Part shown: positions 19,278-28,996 of the stretch, one piece after another | Position numbering within the stretch: position 1 is the first letter of the stretch | Layout: every line of letters begins with the position of its first letter | Source: an uncultured virus (IMG/VR IMGVR_UViG_2912893941_000001) | Lineage: Duplodnaviria; Heunggongvirae; Uroviricota; Caudoviricetes | Virus record (IMG/VR): IMGVR_UViG_2912893941_000001 | Span: 1-64,000 of that record | Strand: one strand, 5' to 3' | Length of the DNA stretch: 64,000 nt | Translations under genes and position numbers: made by a program | Notes under the pieces: model-generated | Database searches by the model: none | What the model was told of the DNA's origin: nothing | What the model saw: only the letters and a program-made list of their open reading frames with translations

Positions 19278-19574
19278 TTGGTTAAATTGACGATTGAACA
19301 ACTGGAAGATATGACGTTTGAAGGCGGAATTGATATCGGAGATGTGACCTATACAGTCGTAGAGGAAAGCGAATGGGAGCACGGACACAAGCACCAAAGC
19401 AAAACCGTTATTTTCACTGACGGAAATAAGCATTATCGCGGAGAACTTGGCAGATCCGGATCTGAATGGACCGATTGGACGTATGACAGCGAAATTTACG
19501 GAGCCGACGATCTGGCCGAAATTACCGAAGTAGAAAAACGCGAAGTCGTAGTAACGAAGTGGGTGGCAGTTTGA
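19278..19574 (+). CDS. Hypothetical protein
   Basis: GGAGG RBS; operon context. Confidence 0.65.
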   Translation: MVKLTIEQLEDMTFEGGIDIGDVTYTVVEESEWEHGHKHQSKTVIFTDGNKHYRGELGRSGSEWTDWTYDSEIYGADDLAEITEVEKREVVVTKWVAV

Positions 19575-20632
19575 CGAACGCAAATGCACGATCAGCCGCA
19601 AACTCACTGCGCGCCCAATTAGCGCCGTCGCCGCCCGAACCGACCGGCTATGCACAGCAGATTGCGGATGAACTCATCGAATATCTAAACGAATGGCACT
19701 CGCTTCCGGAAACGTGGGATAACGCACTGGACGCTCAGATACACCGATGGTACGCAGACGCTCCGAAAGTATTTCCGAAGAAGCCGTATTTCTCGCCGTC
19801 ATCTGCGAATGCCTGCCCGCGTGAACTTTATCATAAGGCGCTTGGCGATCCGCGAGACATAACGCGAAAGCCTCCGTATCAAGGGCGCTGGACCCGCATC
19901 GGAACGGCGATTGGCGATATGATCCAGCGTGATTTGCTCTTTATGGAAAAACACTTCGAAAAGAAAACCGGCCGGCCCTGCCCGTTCAGCTTCGAACGCA
20001 ACGAAGACGGTACGCCGGTGTTCGAGGACTTCGCCAAGCGGAACCATAAGATCGAGCACGCCGGCAAGACGTTTCATCTGTATGGAACATGCGACGGCAT
20101 CATGCGCTATGTCACCGAGGATGGCGAAGTATTGCGCGTAGGCCTCGAAATCAAATCGAAGCAAACGAGCGCAGCCCGTACGTCTTTCTATTCGCTGAAG
20201 AAGCCGGATGAAAAGCACATTAAGCAGTGCGTCGCTTATGCGGAGATGTATGGCGTCGACTTATACGTAATCCTCTACGTAAACGCATCGAAGAAGGCGT
20301 GGGAGTACGAAGAAGGCGAATTCGAAAAGTCGCCGGACATCCGGGCGTTCGGCCTCGAAATCGGACGCGAAGATATCGACGTGCTGCTCGATAGATTCGT
20401 AGAAATCCAGAATTCGATTGACGACGGTAAGCCGATGGCGGTCGACCTTAACGGCTGGACATTCAACGGATACAAAACGGCTATTGCGCAGTCACTTACG
20501 GCGGCCGAACTGGAATCCATTCGTGAAAAGGTCTCGCGAGTCAAGCGATCAAACGTCTTTGATTCTACGAAAAGGCAGTACGCCGGGGCCCTTGAGTTTA
20601 TCGAAAAAGTACGCAAAGGGGAGGCGGTTTGA
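19571..20632 (+). CDS. PD-(D/E)XK (Cas4/RecB-like) exonuclease
   Basis: FSPSSANACPR, GTCDGI, LEIKS and QCVAY motifs. Confidence 0.75.
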   Translation: MTNANARSAANSLRAQLAPSPPEPTGYAQQIADELIEYLNEWHSLPETWDNALDAQIHRWYADAPKVFPKKPYFSPSSANACPRELYHKALGDPRDITRKPPYQGRWTRIGTAIGDMIQRDLLFMEKHFEKKTGRPCPFSFERNEDGTPVFEDFAKRNHKIEHAGKTFHLYGTCDGIMRYVTEDGEVLRVGLEIKSKQTSAARTSFYSLKKPDEKHIKQCVAYAEMYGVDLYVILYVNASKKAWEYEEGEFEKSPDIRAFGLEIGREDIDVLLDRFVEIQNSIDDGKPMAVDLNGWTFNGYKTAIAQSLTAAELESIREKVSRVKRSNVFDSTKRQYAGALEFIEKVRKGEAV

Positions 20633-20782
20633 TGACCTTCTTAGCTTATCGCCAAATTATCTTGGACTACGAAATGCATGTCATCTATCGAACTAGGAGC
20701 GGGCTAATTGACAACGAAAAATCAACACGCCTTCTCGATAAATTAGACGAATGGAATAAAACCGGGTGTGAGGTTCTTTCGT

Positions 20783-21316
20783 ATGATTAGCGCCAAGCCT
20801 ATCCGCATCCTAGCGTTAGACATATCGACTAATCCCGGCTTCGCGGTCCTCGAAGTCAAACGGCTGAAGTCAGGTCCGCGCGTGAATCTCGTACACGTAA
20901 CGTCTGTCAGCACGACGAGCCAGTCGCCGGACAGTCACCGGTATTCCTATATCGAGGCAGCGGCAACGATGGTTCTGCACGAACATGGACCGTTCGACGT
21001 TGTTGTCCGGGAGCATTACACGAAAGGGCGCAATAGGCGATCGACCCAAACGGTGTTTGGTGCGTGGGCCGTCATCGACTTAGCGCTTGGTAAATACGGC
21101 TATAAGGCGGATGTGGAGATCACGCCGACAACGGTTAAAAAGGACGTAACCGGAAAAGGTAGCGCATCAAAAGACGAAGTAGAGGCGGGAGTACGGCGGA
21201 TACTTTCGCTCCCAGCCGACTTTACATTTCGGACAGATGACGAATCGGATGCGGTGGCGATTGGGCTTTCGTATCTTGTTCGCGAGAAGATTATAAAACC
21301 GGAGGAGGGCGAATAA
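20783..21316 (+). CDS. RuvC-like Holliday junction resolvase
   Basis: ILALDIS, VVRE, TGKGSASKDEV and DESDAVAIG motifs. Confidence 0.85.
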   Translation: MISAKPIRILALDISTNPGFAVLEVKRLKSGPRVNLVHVTSVSTTSQSPDSHRYSYIEAAATMVLHEHGPFDVVVREHYTKGRNRRSTQTVFGAWAVIDLALGKYGYKADVEITPTTVKKDVTGKGSASKDEVEAGVRRILSLPADFTFRTDDESDAVAIGLSYLVREKIIKPEEGE

Positions 21317-21514
21317 ATGGATCAAGAATATTTTTTAATCGCAGGGAAAACGGAGGGGTTTAGTTATGCGGATGCTAAAGTTCTTCGCTGCCGCTCCGAA
21401 ATCGATGCGGAGAGCCTTGTTAACTCACTTAGACACGAGGGCTATTCGATCTTTTACGTCACTAAAACCGTCTATCGAATCGATGATAACGCGACTATCG
21501 GGGAGGCGAAATAA
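21317..21514 (+). CDS. Hypothetical protein
   Basis: GGAGG RBS. Confidence 0.6.
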   Translation: MDQEYFLIAGKTEGFSYADAKVLRCRSEIDAESLVNSLRHEGYSIFYVTKTVYRIDDNATIGEAK

Positions 21515-21879
21515 TGGACCGCATAATAAAGTGGGGGACGATCGCAGTAATCGCATTGTTCGTATTTGTTTTCGTGGTAGCGGCGCCGGCATACACGATT
21601 GCGTCTTACCATAACGAAAACACTTACGTAATAAAGGTAACGGATAAAGAAACGAAAACGTCTGACGATTCCTCGAAGTATCTGATTTTCGGAGATGACG
21701 AGAAAGGTAACGCAAAAGTGTTCGAAAATACCGACGCAATATTTGCGCGGAAGTTTAATTCCAGCGACCTGTACGCGGAGATTGGGGTCGGTAAGACGTA
21801 CGAATTCAAGACGGTCGGCTTCCGGATTCCATTTATGTCGAGCTACGAAAACATAATGACGGTAAAGGAGGCGGATTAA
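21514..21879 (+). CDS. Membrane-anchored phage protein
   Basis: N-terminal TM helix; FENTD, FNSSD and GFRIPFMS motifs. Confidence 0.7.
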   Translation: MDRIIKWGTIAVIALFVFVFVVAAPAYTIASYHNENTYVIKVTDKETKTSDDSSKYLIFGDDEKGNAKVFENTDAIFARKFNSSDLYAEIGVGKTYEFKTVGFRIPFMSSYENIMTVKEAD

Positions 21880-22386
21880 ATGGGGCTTTTACTTCTGATA
21901 GTCCTCGTTGCGATCGCTGTGTATATTTATTTTATTTGTAAGGTGTATTGTACGGAGCTTATCGATTATTTGGTTGGAGCATTTTTGGCGCTAATCGCGG
22001 CTTTAGCCGTGCTTTTGATAGCCGTAATTCCTTCATTTTATGCTGAAACAAAACCGGTTAATCCGCATAAAACGGAAATCTACTCGATTAAAGATAATGC
22101 TAAAACAAGCGGAAGTTTCGTACTTGGTTCCGGAACAGTTGACGAAAAGCAATATTTTTATTTCGTAAAGGAGAAAGACGGGTTCAAAACGGTTAGCAAA
22201 GCCGCAGTTGAGGACTCGAAGATGAAGGAAGGGAAGTACGCGAAGCCGTACGTTCTAACTTACGATGTGCAATTTAAATCGTCATTCGCTCGATTCTTTT
22301 ACGGCAAGAGTACGGGATTCGAGGCGTATGAGTTTTACCTCCCGGAAGATACGATTACGACCGAATATAAAATCGACTTGGAGTGA
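21880..22386 (+). CDS. Membrane protein
   Basis: Two N-terminal TM segments; GSFVLGSG motif. Confidence 0.7.
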   Translation: MGLLLLIVLVAIAVYIYFICKVYCTELIDYLVGAFLALIAALAVLLIAVIPSFYAETKPVNPHKTEIYSIKDNAKTSGSFVLGSGTVDEKQYFYFVKEKDGFKTVSKAAVEDSKMKEGKYAKPYVLTYDVQFKSSFARFFYGKSTGFEAYEFYLPEDTITTEYKIDLE

Positions 22387-22637
22387 TGCGAATGTTTAAG
22401 CGGAGATTATACGAAACGCTTTCGTGGATACTTACAATCGCAACGTTCTTTCTGTTGGTTAGATTTCTGGTATGGGCGATAGAATCTCCCGTAGCAAAAG
22501 CGATCTTTACGATTGCGGCCGTATTCGGACTGCTTCTCGTCGGGCTTTACGGAATCGTCCGGTTTATCTTATGGCTGATCGTCGAACCCTACCGCGCGTA
22601 TAAACGCGAGCGCGAAACGGAGGGAACGGCCGAATGA
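22383..22637 (+). CDS. Small membrane protein
   Basis: Two hydrophobic helices; coupled ORF. Confidence 0.6.
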   Translation: MMRMFKRRLYETLSWILTIATFFLLVRFLVWAIESPVAKAIFTIAAVFGLLLVGLYGIVRFILWLIVEPYRAYKRERETEGTAE

Positions 22638-22819
22638 TTCACGGAGCAACTGACGAAGGTTTGCGGAATATGAGACGCTGGCTTAACGAAAAACTGATCG
22701 AAAGTGATACCGCCATCAGCTTCCACGACCGGAAACTGATCGAGGAGCGTATCGAGCGAGAACGGACACAGGCGCGGCTGGACGAAGTGGAGGCTGAAAT
22801 TGAGAGACGGAAGGGGTGA
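22634..22819 (+). CDS. Hypothetical coiled-coil protein
   Basis: GGAGGG RBS; coupled ORF. Confidence 0.6.
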   Translation: MIHGATDEGLRNMRRWLNEKLIESDTAISFHDRKLIEERIERERTQARLDEVEAEIERRKG

Positions 22820-22823
22820 GCGT

Positions 22824-23180
22824 ATGCTAATCGCCTATTACTCGCTGACCGGAAACGTCCGCAGATTTGTCGCTAAGACCGGCCTAGCAACCGTCGAAAT
22901 TAAGCCGGGCCTGATGCTCGCCGAGCCGTTCGTATGCGTGACCGGTACGTACGGCTTCGGTCAGGTTGCCGGCACGGTTTCGGATTTCCTCGCGGATAAC
23001 AGCGACTATCTTGCGGGCGTGGCTGCGTCGGGGAACCGCAATTGGGGCGATAATTACGCAAAGGCGGCCGATGTGATTGCGGCGCAATACGGCGTGCCGA
23101 TAGTCGGGCGCTTTGAGCTGGCGGGCACGGACGCAGATGTACGACAATTTATCGAAAGGGTGAACGCACTTGACGAATAA
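22824..23180 (+). CDS. nrdI: Class Ib ribonucleotide reductase flavodoxin
   Basis: YYSLTGNVRRF, TYGFG, SGNRNWG and FELAGT motifs. Confidence 0.95.
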   Translation: MLIAYYSLTGNVRRFVAKTGLATVEIKPGLMLAEPFVCVTGTYGFGQVAGTVSDFLADNSDYLAGVAASGNRNWGDNYAKAADVIAAQYGVPIVGRFELAGTDADVRQFIERVNALDE

Positions 23181-25269
23181 ACACGCGAGATATATCGAAC
23201 TTAATAACGAAATCATGATACAGAAGGACGGCCGGTTCCAATTCGAAAAGGATATCGAAGCCGTCCGCGCTTATTTTATCGACTACGTAAATCAAAACAC
23301 CGTATTTTTCCACGACCTTCGCGAAAAGCTCGACTACCTACGCGAAAACGATTACTACGAAACCGAATTCCTTGACGCATATACGTTCGATGAAATCAAG
23401 GCGGTCTATCAAGCGGCTTATGCGCACAAATTCCGATTCCCTTCGTTCATGAGCGCGTTCAAATTCTATAACGATTATGCGCTGAAGACGAACGACGGCA
23501 AAAAGATTCTCGAACGCTACGAAGATCGCGCTTCTATTGTCGCGTTGTTCTTTGCGGGAGGAGACGCAGCCAAGGCGATCGAGTACGTAGATTTGATGAT
23601 GCGACAAGAATACCAACCGTCAACGCCGACGTTCTTGAATGCGGGCCGGAAGCGTCGGGGCGAGCTCGTTTCGTGTTTCCTGCTCGAAGTGGGCGACTCG
23701 CTGAATGACATCGAAAGAGCGGTCGGGATCTCGATGCAACTATCGAAAGTAGGCGGGGGCGTGTCGTTGAACCTATCGAAGATTCGCGCGAAAGGTGAAG
23801 CGATTAAAGGCATCGAGAATGTAACGAAAGGCGTCGTCGGAGTAATGAAGCTCCTCGATAATGCGTTCCGATATGCAGATCAGCAAGGTCAAAGACAAGG
23901 GTCGGGCGCGGCGTACCTAAACGTATTCCATGCGGACATACACGACTTCCTCGATACGAAGAAAATCTCGGCAGATGAAGACGTCCGAGTCAAAACGTTA
24001 TCCATCGGCGTTGTCCTTCCGGATAAATTTATCGAACTGGCGCGAGAGAATCGGCCGGCTTACGTATTCTATCCGCACACCGTTTACAAAGCGTATGGCC
24101 AACACTTAGACGAAATGGATATCGAAGAGATGTACGATCAGCTCGTCGATAATCCGGCCGTCCGTAAAGACAAGATCGACGCTCGTAAGCTACTCGAAAA
24201 GCTCGCCGTGTTGCGTTCTGAATCGGGCTATCCGTATATCATGTTCGAAGGCAACGTAAACGCAGAGCACGCGAACGGTCACGTGTCGAAGGTTAAGTTT
24301 TCGAATCTGTGTTCGGAGGTGCTTCAGGCGTCGCAAGTATCGGAATACACCGACTACGGCGAAGAAGACGAAATCGGCCTCGATATTTCATGCAACCTCG
24401 GCTCGCTCAACGTTGCGAACGTAATGAAAAACGGAGACTTCGAAACGATCGTTAAGCTGTCCGTTGATGCTCTAACGCGAGTCTCGGAAACTTCGAATAT
24501 CAAGAATGCGCCTGCTGTTGCGCGAGCTAACCGGGAGATGCGGTCGATCGGACTCGGCGCGATGAATCTGCACGGCTATTTAGCGCAAAATGGTATCGCT
24601 TATGAATCGGAGGAAGCGCGCGACTTTGCTAACGTATTCTTTGCGCTCGTCAATTATTGGTCGCTGGTGCGGTCAATGGAGCTTGCGAAGGAAACCGGAA
24701 GCACGTTCGAGGGATTCGAAGGATCAACGTATGCAGACGGCAGCTACTTCGATAAGTACATCGCAGAGGACTTCCGTCCTAAAACGGAGAAGGTCGCGAA
24801 GCTGTTTGAAGGCGTTGAAATTCCGAAGCGCATCGATTGGGTTCGCTTGGAGGTTAACGTTATGCTCCACGGACTCTATCATTCGTATAGACTTGCGATC
24901 GCACCGACGGGATCTATTTCGTACGTGCAGTCGGCTACGGCGTCAGTCATGCCGATTATGGAGCGCATCGAGGACCGTACGTACGGCAATTCGAAGACAT
25001 ATTATCCAATGCCGGGATTATCGCCGCAGAATTGGTTCTTCTACAAGGAAGCGTACGACATGGATATGTTCAAAGTCGTCGATATGATCGCAACGATTCA
25101 GCAGCACGTCGATCAGGGCATCTCATTTACGTTGTTCTTGAAAGATACGATGACGACGCGCGATCTGAACCGCATTGATTTATACGCGCATCATAAAGGG
25201 ATTAAGACGCTGTATTATGCGCGAACAAAAGACACCGGTCAGGATTCGTGCTTGAGTTGCGTTGTTTAA
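23170..25269 (+). CDS. nrdE: Class Ib ribonucleotide reductase alpha subunit
   Basis: PSTPTFLNAG, SCFLL, SNLCSE and KTLYY motifs; C-terminal CLSCVV. Confidence 0.97.
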   Translation: MTNKHARYIELNNEIMIQKDGRFQFEKDIEAVRAYFIDYVNQNTVFFHDLREKLDYLRENDYYETEFLDAYTFDEIKAVYQAAYAHKFRFPSFMSAFKFYNDYALKTNDGKKILERYEDRASIVALFFAGGDAAKAIEYVDLMMRQEYQPSTPTFLNAGRKRRGELVSCFLLEVGDSLNDIERAVGISMQLSKVGGGVSLNLSKIRAKGEAIKGIENVTKGVVGVMKLLDNAFRYADQQGQRQGSGAAYLNVFHADIHDFLDTKKISADEDVRVKTLSIGVVLPDKFIELARENRPAYVFYPHTVYKAYGQHLDEMDIEEMYDQLVDNPAVRKDKIDARKLLEKLAVLRSESGYPYIMFEGNVNAEHANGHVSKVKFSNLCSEVLQASQVSEYTDYGEEDEIGLDISCNLGSLNVANVMKNGDFETIVKLSVDALTRVSETSNIKNAPAVARANREMRSIGLGAMNLHGYLAQNGIAYESEEARDFANVFFALVNYWSLVRSMELAKETGSTFEGFEGSTYADGSYFDKYIAEDFRPKTEKVAKLFEGVEIPKRIDWVRLEVNVMLHGLYHSYRLAIAPTGSISYVQSATASVMPIMERIEDRTYGNSKTYYPMPGLSPQNWFFYKEAYDMDMFKVVDMIATIQQHVDQGISFTLFLKDTMTTRDLNRIDLYAHHKGIKTLYYARTKDTGQDSCLSCVV

Positions 25270-25430
25270 ACGAAGAGGAGGGAACGAGCATGAATCAACG
25301 ACTATCGGACGAAGATCTGGCGAGATTGAGACGGTACGCAAGTCGGTGTTGTGATCTTATGAATTACGCGAATATCCCGCCGGGAGTTCTGATCGCATTG
25401 TTGGACGGATATAAAAAGGAGGACGAATAA

Positions 25431-26414
25431 TTGACGAACGCAAACGCAATCCACACGGCGGCCGACTGGTCGCGCCACGAAGACGACTTCACGCAAATGT
25501 TCTACGCGCAAAACGTTAAGCAATTCTGGCTTCCGGAGGAGATTTCGCTTAATGGCGATCTCCTTTCGTGGAAGGCGCTTAGTCCGGCCGAGCAGACGAC
25601 CTACATGCGGGGCCTCGCCGGGCTGACGCTATTAGACACGGAGCAGGGAAACACCGGAATGCCTATCATCGCGCAACATATCGCCGGCCACCAACGCAAA
25701 GCCGTCCTTAATTTCATGGCGATGATGGAAAACGCAGTCCATGCGAAGTCCTATTCGAATATATTCATGACGCTCGCGCCTACCGAAACAATTAACGAAG
25801 TTTTCGAATGGGTTAAGACGAATCCGTATTTGCAACGGAAGGCGGCTCTGATAACCGGCTTATATCGCGACATAAAAGAAGGCGATGCCATTTCGCTATA
25901 TAAGGCGCTAGTCGCTTCGGTATACCTCGAAAGCTTCCTGTTTTATTCCGGCTTTTATTATCCGTTGTATTTCGCCGGCCAAGGCAAGCTAACGAGCAGC
26001 GGCGAGATCATTAACCTTATCATTCGCGATGAGGCGATCCACGGCGTGTACGTCGGCTTATTGGCGCAAGAGATTTACGGAAAGCAAGAGCCGGGCGTCC
26101 AGTTTGAGATGCGCGACTTTGCCGTCGAACTGCTGACGGAATTGTACGATAATGAGGTCGCATATACCGAGGATCTATACGATGCGGTCGGCTTAACGCA
26201 CGATGTAAAGCGATTCCTTCGGTACAACGCGAATAAGGCGCTGCAAAACCTCGGCTTCGATCCGTATTTCGAAGAGGAAAGGCCGAACCCTATCGTCATG
26301 AACGGCCTGAATACGAAGACGAAATCGCACGACTTTTTCTCGCAAAAAGGCAACGGCTATAAGAAGGCGACGGTCGAGGCGCTAAAGGATTCGGATTTTT
26401 ATTTCGAGGGATAA
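25431..26414 (+). CDS. nrdF: Class Ib ribonucleotide reductase beta subunit
   Basis: [22 protein letters not shown] and HDFFS motifs. Confidence 0.97.
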   Translation: MTNANAIHTAADWSRHEDDFTQMFYAQNVKQFWLPEEISLNGDLLSWKALSPAEQTTYMRGLAGLTLLDTEQGNTGMPIIAQHIAGHQRKAVLNFMAMMENAVHAKSYSNIFMTLAPTETINEVFEWVKTNPYLQRKAALITGLYRDIKEGDAISLYKALVASVYLESFLFYSGFYYPLYFAGQGKLTSSGEIINLIIRDEAIHGVYVGLLAQEIYGKQEPGVQFEMRDFAVELLTELYDNEVAYTEDLYDAVGLTHDVKRFLRYNANKALQNLGFDPYFEEERPNPIVMNGLNTKTKSHDFFSQKGNGYKKATVEALKDSDFYFEG

Positions 26415-26455
26415 TTGCGCGGTTTTTCTACTAGGTGCATATTATTTCACGTAGG

Positions 26456-26495
26456 ATGTCGCAAAAGTGGCGATTACCTACCCGTTATATAAGTG
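26456..26495 (+). promoter_or_regulatory. Phage-specific promoter-like motif, copy 3
   Basis: ATGTCGCAAAA-N10-CCTACCCGTTATATAAGTG immediately followed by an RBS. Confidence 0.75.
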
Positions 26496-26510
26496 AGGAG
26501 GTCATCGCCT

Positions 26511-26657
26511 ATGAAACGATTTATCAGTGCCACGGCAACGATCATCGCCGGACTGCTTTTCGTTCTACCGTACATCCATACGATAGGATTCCGGTGGTTT
26601 TCGATAGTGGCCGTGTTCGCCTTGATTGCGCTATTAACGAAGGAGGAAACGAAATGA
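26511..26657 (+). CDS. 48-aa two-TM membrane protein (not in ORF track)
   Basis: AGGAGG RBS; MKRFISATATIIAGLLFVLPY...; ATGA overlap with dut. Confidence 0.6.
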   Translation: MKRFISATATIIAGLLFVLPYIHTIGFRWFSIVAVFALIALLTKEETK

Positions 26658-27202
26658 ACGTAAATATAAAACGGTTATCACCGGACGCACAGATTCCAGC
26701 TTATGCACACGCAACGGACGCCGGCTTCGATCTAGTGGCGGCAAAGGACGTTATTATAGAGCCGGGCGAAACTGCGTGTGTGCCGACGGGCTTGGCGTTC
26801 GAGATTCCGGAGGGATACGAAATGCAGATCCGGCCGCGCTCGGGCATTACGCTGAAGACGCCTTTACGCGTTCAGCTCGGAACAGTTGACGCAGGTTATC
26901 GAGGGGAAGTAGGAGTGATTGTCGATAATATTGCGCAGAAAAAAGTACTAGGTCTCGATCTTAACCAGCAAGCTATCGAATACTCTGAGATCGATTCGCC
27001 GGAAGTCATTAATGGTTCGTTAGAGAACGAGTGGGATTATTTCGGATATTATCCGAACGATACGTACATCATCCGCAAAGGCGATCGCCTGGCGCAAGCC
27101 GTAATCAAGCCGGTCGAGCAGGCGGTGTTTACAGAAGTTGATATGCTCGGCGATAGCGATCGAGGTGCGTGTGGTTTCGGGAGTAGCGGGGTGTCGTCGT
27201 GA
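26654..27202 (+). CDS. dut: Trimeric dUTPase
   Basis: AGFDL, RPRSG, GTVDAGYRGE, GDRLAQ and RGACGFGSSG motifs; likely start at 26654. Confidence 0.95.
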   Translation: MNVNIKRLSPDAQIPAYAHATDAGFDLVAAKDVIIEPGETACVPTGLAFEIPEGYEMQIRPRSGITLKTPLRVQLGTVDAGYRGEVGVIVDNIAQKKVLGLDLNQQAIEYSEIDSPEVINGSLENEWDYFGYYPNDTYIIRKGDRLAQAVIKPVEQAVFTEVDMLGDSDRGACGFGSSGVSS

Positions 27203-27423
27203 TGGCGCAAATATATGCGTGCTTTCTGAACGGCAAGCTGTACGGATGGGGTGACCTCGAATATATGAACGAGCTATTTCGCGATTACGTTGTTTATTGC
27301 GAGATGTATGGAAGAGACGACTGTACATTCCGGATAACTACGCAAGAGAAAGCTCGCCGTTTATTGATTAACGAAACTATTCGAGAAAACGGCGAAGCAT
27401 TAAACCGATTGGAGGACGAATAG
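27199..27423 (+). CDS. Hypothetical protein
   Basis: Coupled ORF between dut and thyX. Confidence 0.6.
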   Translation: MMAQIYACFLNGKLYGWGDLEYMNELFRDYVVYCEMYGRDDCTFRITTQEKARRLLINETIRENGEALNRLEDE

Positions 27424-28209
27424 ATGGCGGAAACCAGAATGAACGTACAGCTAATCGCACATACGCAACTAAGCGGATTCTTTCATGAATCGGAGGATTT
27501 ATTTTACGAATGGGCCGGAAACGCAACCGACGGCCAAGCGGTCGCCCTAACCGCAATCAGATCGTGCTATAGCGCCAATAAACCGACCGAAATCGTCGCA
27601 AAGGAAGGCGCCAAGTATTTCGGCTCCAAAGCGTCAGATGGTGGCGAAGGCACAGACGCCGATCGGTTGTTCCGACATATCGTCCGTTCGGGCCATTCGT
27701 CAACGCTTGAGCATATCTCGTTCACCTTTGCGATTGAAGGCGTCAGCCGGGCGTTACTCGCGCAGCTTACACGTCATCGCGTCGGTTTCAGCTTCAGCGT
27801 CCAATCACAGCGTTATGTGCGGATGGGAAGCGATGATAAGATCGGCGGGTTCGATTATGTATTGCCGGATAAGGTTAAGACCTGCACGAAAGAATTAGAT
27901 TTATTCGGAGGAGGCGACGCCCTGTTTAACGCGAGAGAGATATTCGAAAATGCTCTACGTGATATACAGGATGCTTACGATCACTTACGCGAAATGGGCG
28001 TTCCAGCAGAAGACGCGAGAGCCGTCCTACCGAACGCAGCCGCAACTAATCTCGTAATGACTGCGAATCTGACTGCGTTATTATCATTCTACTCTAAACG
28101 CAAAAAGGGACGCGGTGCACAGGCGGAAATTACCGAATTAGCCGAAGCGCTAAGACGCGAAGTGGTCGACGTGGAGCCGTGGACGGACCAGTTTTTCGAG
28201 GAGGTTTGA
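27424..28209 (+). CDS. thyX: FAD-dependent thymidylate synthase
   Basis: GHSSTLEH, QLTRHR...SVQSQRY and EDARAVLP motifs. Confidence 0.95.
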   Translation: MAETRMNVQLIAHTQLSGFFHESEDLFYEWAGNATDGQAVALTAIRSCYSANKPTEIVAKEGAKYFGSKASDGGEGTDADRLFRHIVRSGHSSTLEHISFTFAIEGVSRALLAQLTRHRVGFSFSVQSQRYVRMGSDDKIGGFDYVLPDKVKTCTKELDLFGGGDALFNAREIFENALRDIQDAYDHLREMGVPAEDARAVLPNAAATNLVMTANLTALLSFYSKRKKGRGAQAEITELAEALRREVVDVEPWTDQFFEEV

Positions 28210-28390
28210 GTGGTGAGCGAATACGTTTATCTTCTGTGGGACTGTACCGGTGATTTCGGAAGTAGTGGAAAGATAACGTTACATTCCGTTCATGATACGG
28301 AAGCATCGGCGCTAAAAGAGAAACGAAAACAATATCGCGAAGGTGAGTTCTTTTATATTCGAAAAGAGCGCCTAAGAAAGGACTGATTTT

Positions 28391-28981
28391 ATCGGTATAC
28401 TAACGAATCTAGCGATGTCAACGCAATTACTTACGAATCCGACCGCCAAGCCACCGGAACTTCCCCCGCCTGACCCGCCACGCATAACCGAAGAGGAATC
28501 TGCACTCCAAGAGGCGGAAGCCCTTATCGAAGGCAAGGACGCTGAACTGGCGACTAAGGATGCGAAGATAAAAACGCTCGAATCCGAACTTGCTTCCGTA
28601 AAAGACGAAGTCAAGGCGCGAGCTAACGAAAAGAACGAGAAGCCTCCGCAGAAGAACGAAGAGCCTGCCACATGGCAAACGTTCGAAGCGACTGCGTATA
28701 CGGCTTATTGCGCGGAAGGATGTACCGGAACCACGGCGACCGGCCTCGACGTCAGCCATACGATCTATCACGCAGGCAAGCGTATTATAGCGGTCGATCC
28801 GTCAGTGATTGCGTTAGGCTCGACGGTTGAGGTGCGGCAGGCAGACGGCACGACGTTTGAAGCCGTGGCACAGGATACAGGCGGCGCGATTAAGGACGCC
28901 AAGATTGACGTATTAGTTGCGAATGAAGCTGACGCGGTACAGTTCGGACGGCAGTCGGTGCAGGTTCGCGTAATAAATTAA
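28391..28981 (+). CDS. 3D-domain (lytic transglycosylase-like) cell wall protein; start uncertain (ATC 28391 or ATG 28415)
   Basis: ATAY, TATG, IAVDP, DTGGAIK and IDV motifs after a coiled coil. Confidence 0.85.
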   Translation: MGILTNLAMSTQLLTNPTAKPPELPPPDPPRITEEESALQEAEALIEGKDAELATKDAKIKTLESELASVKDEVKARANEKNEKPPQKNEEPATWQTFEATAYTAYCAEGCTGTTATGLDVSHTIYHAGKRIIAVDPSVIALGSTVEVRQADGTTFEAVAQDTGGAIKDAKIDVLVANEADAVQFGRQSVQVRVIN

Positions 28982-28996
28982 CGGGAGGGCGATCGG

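Noticed and set aside
23170..26414. Group I introns or an intein in nrdE/nrdF as in SPbeta
   Set aside because: Both ORFs are continuous and of normal length
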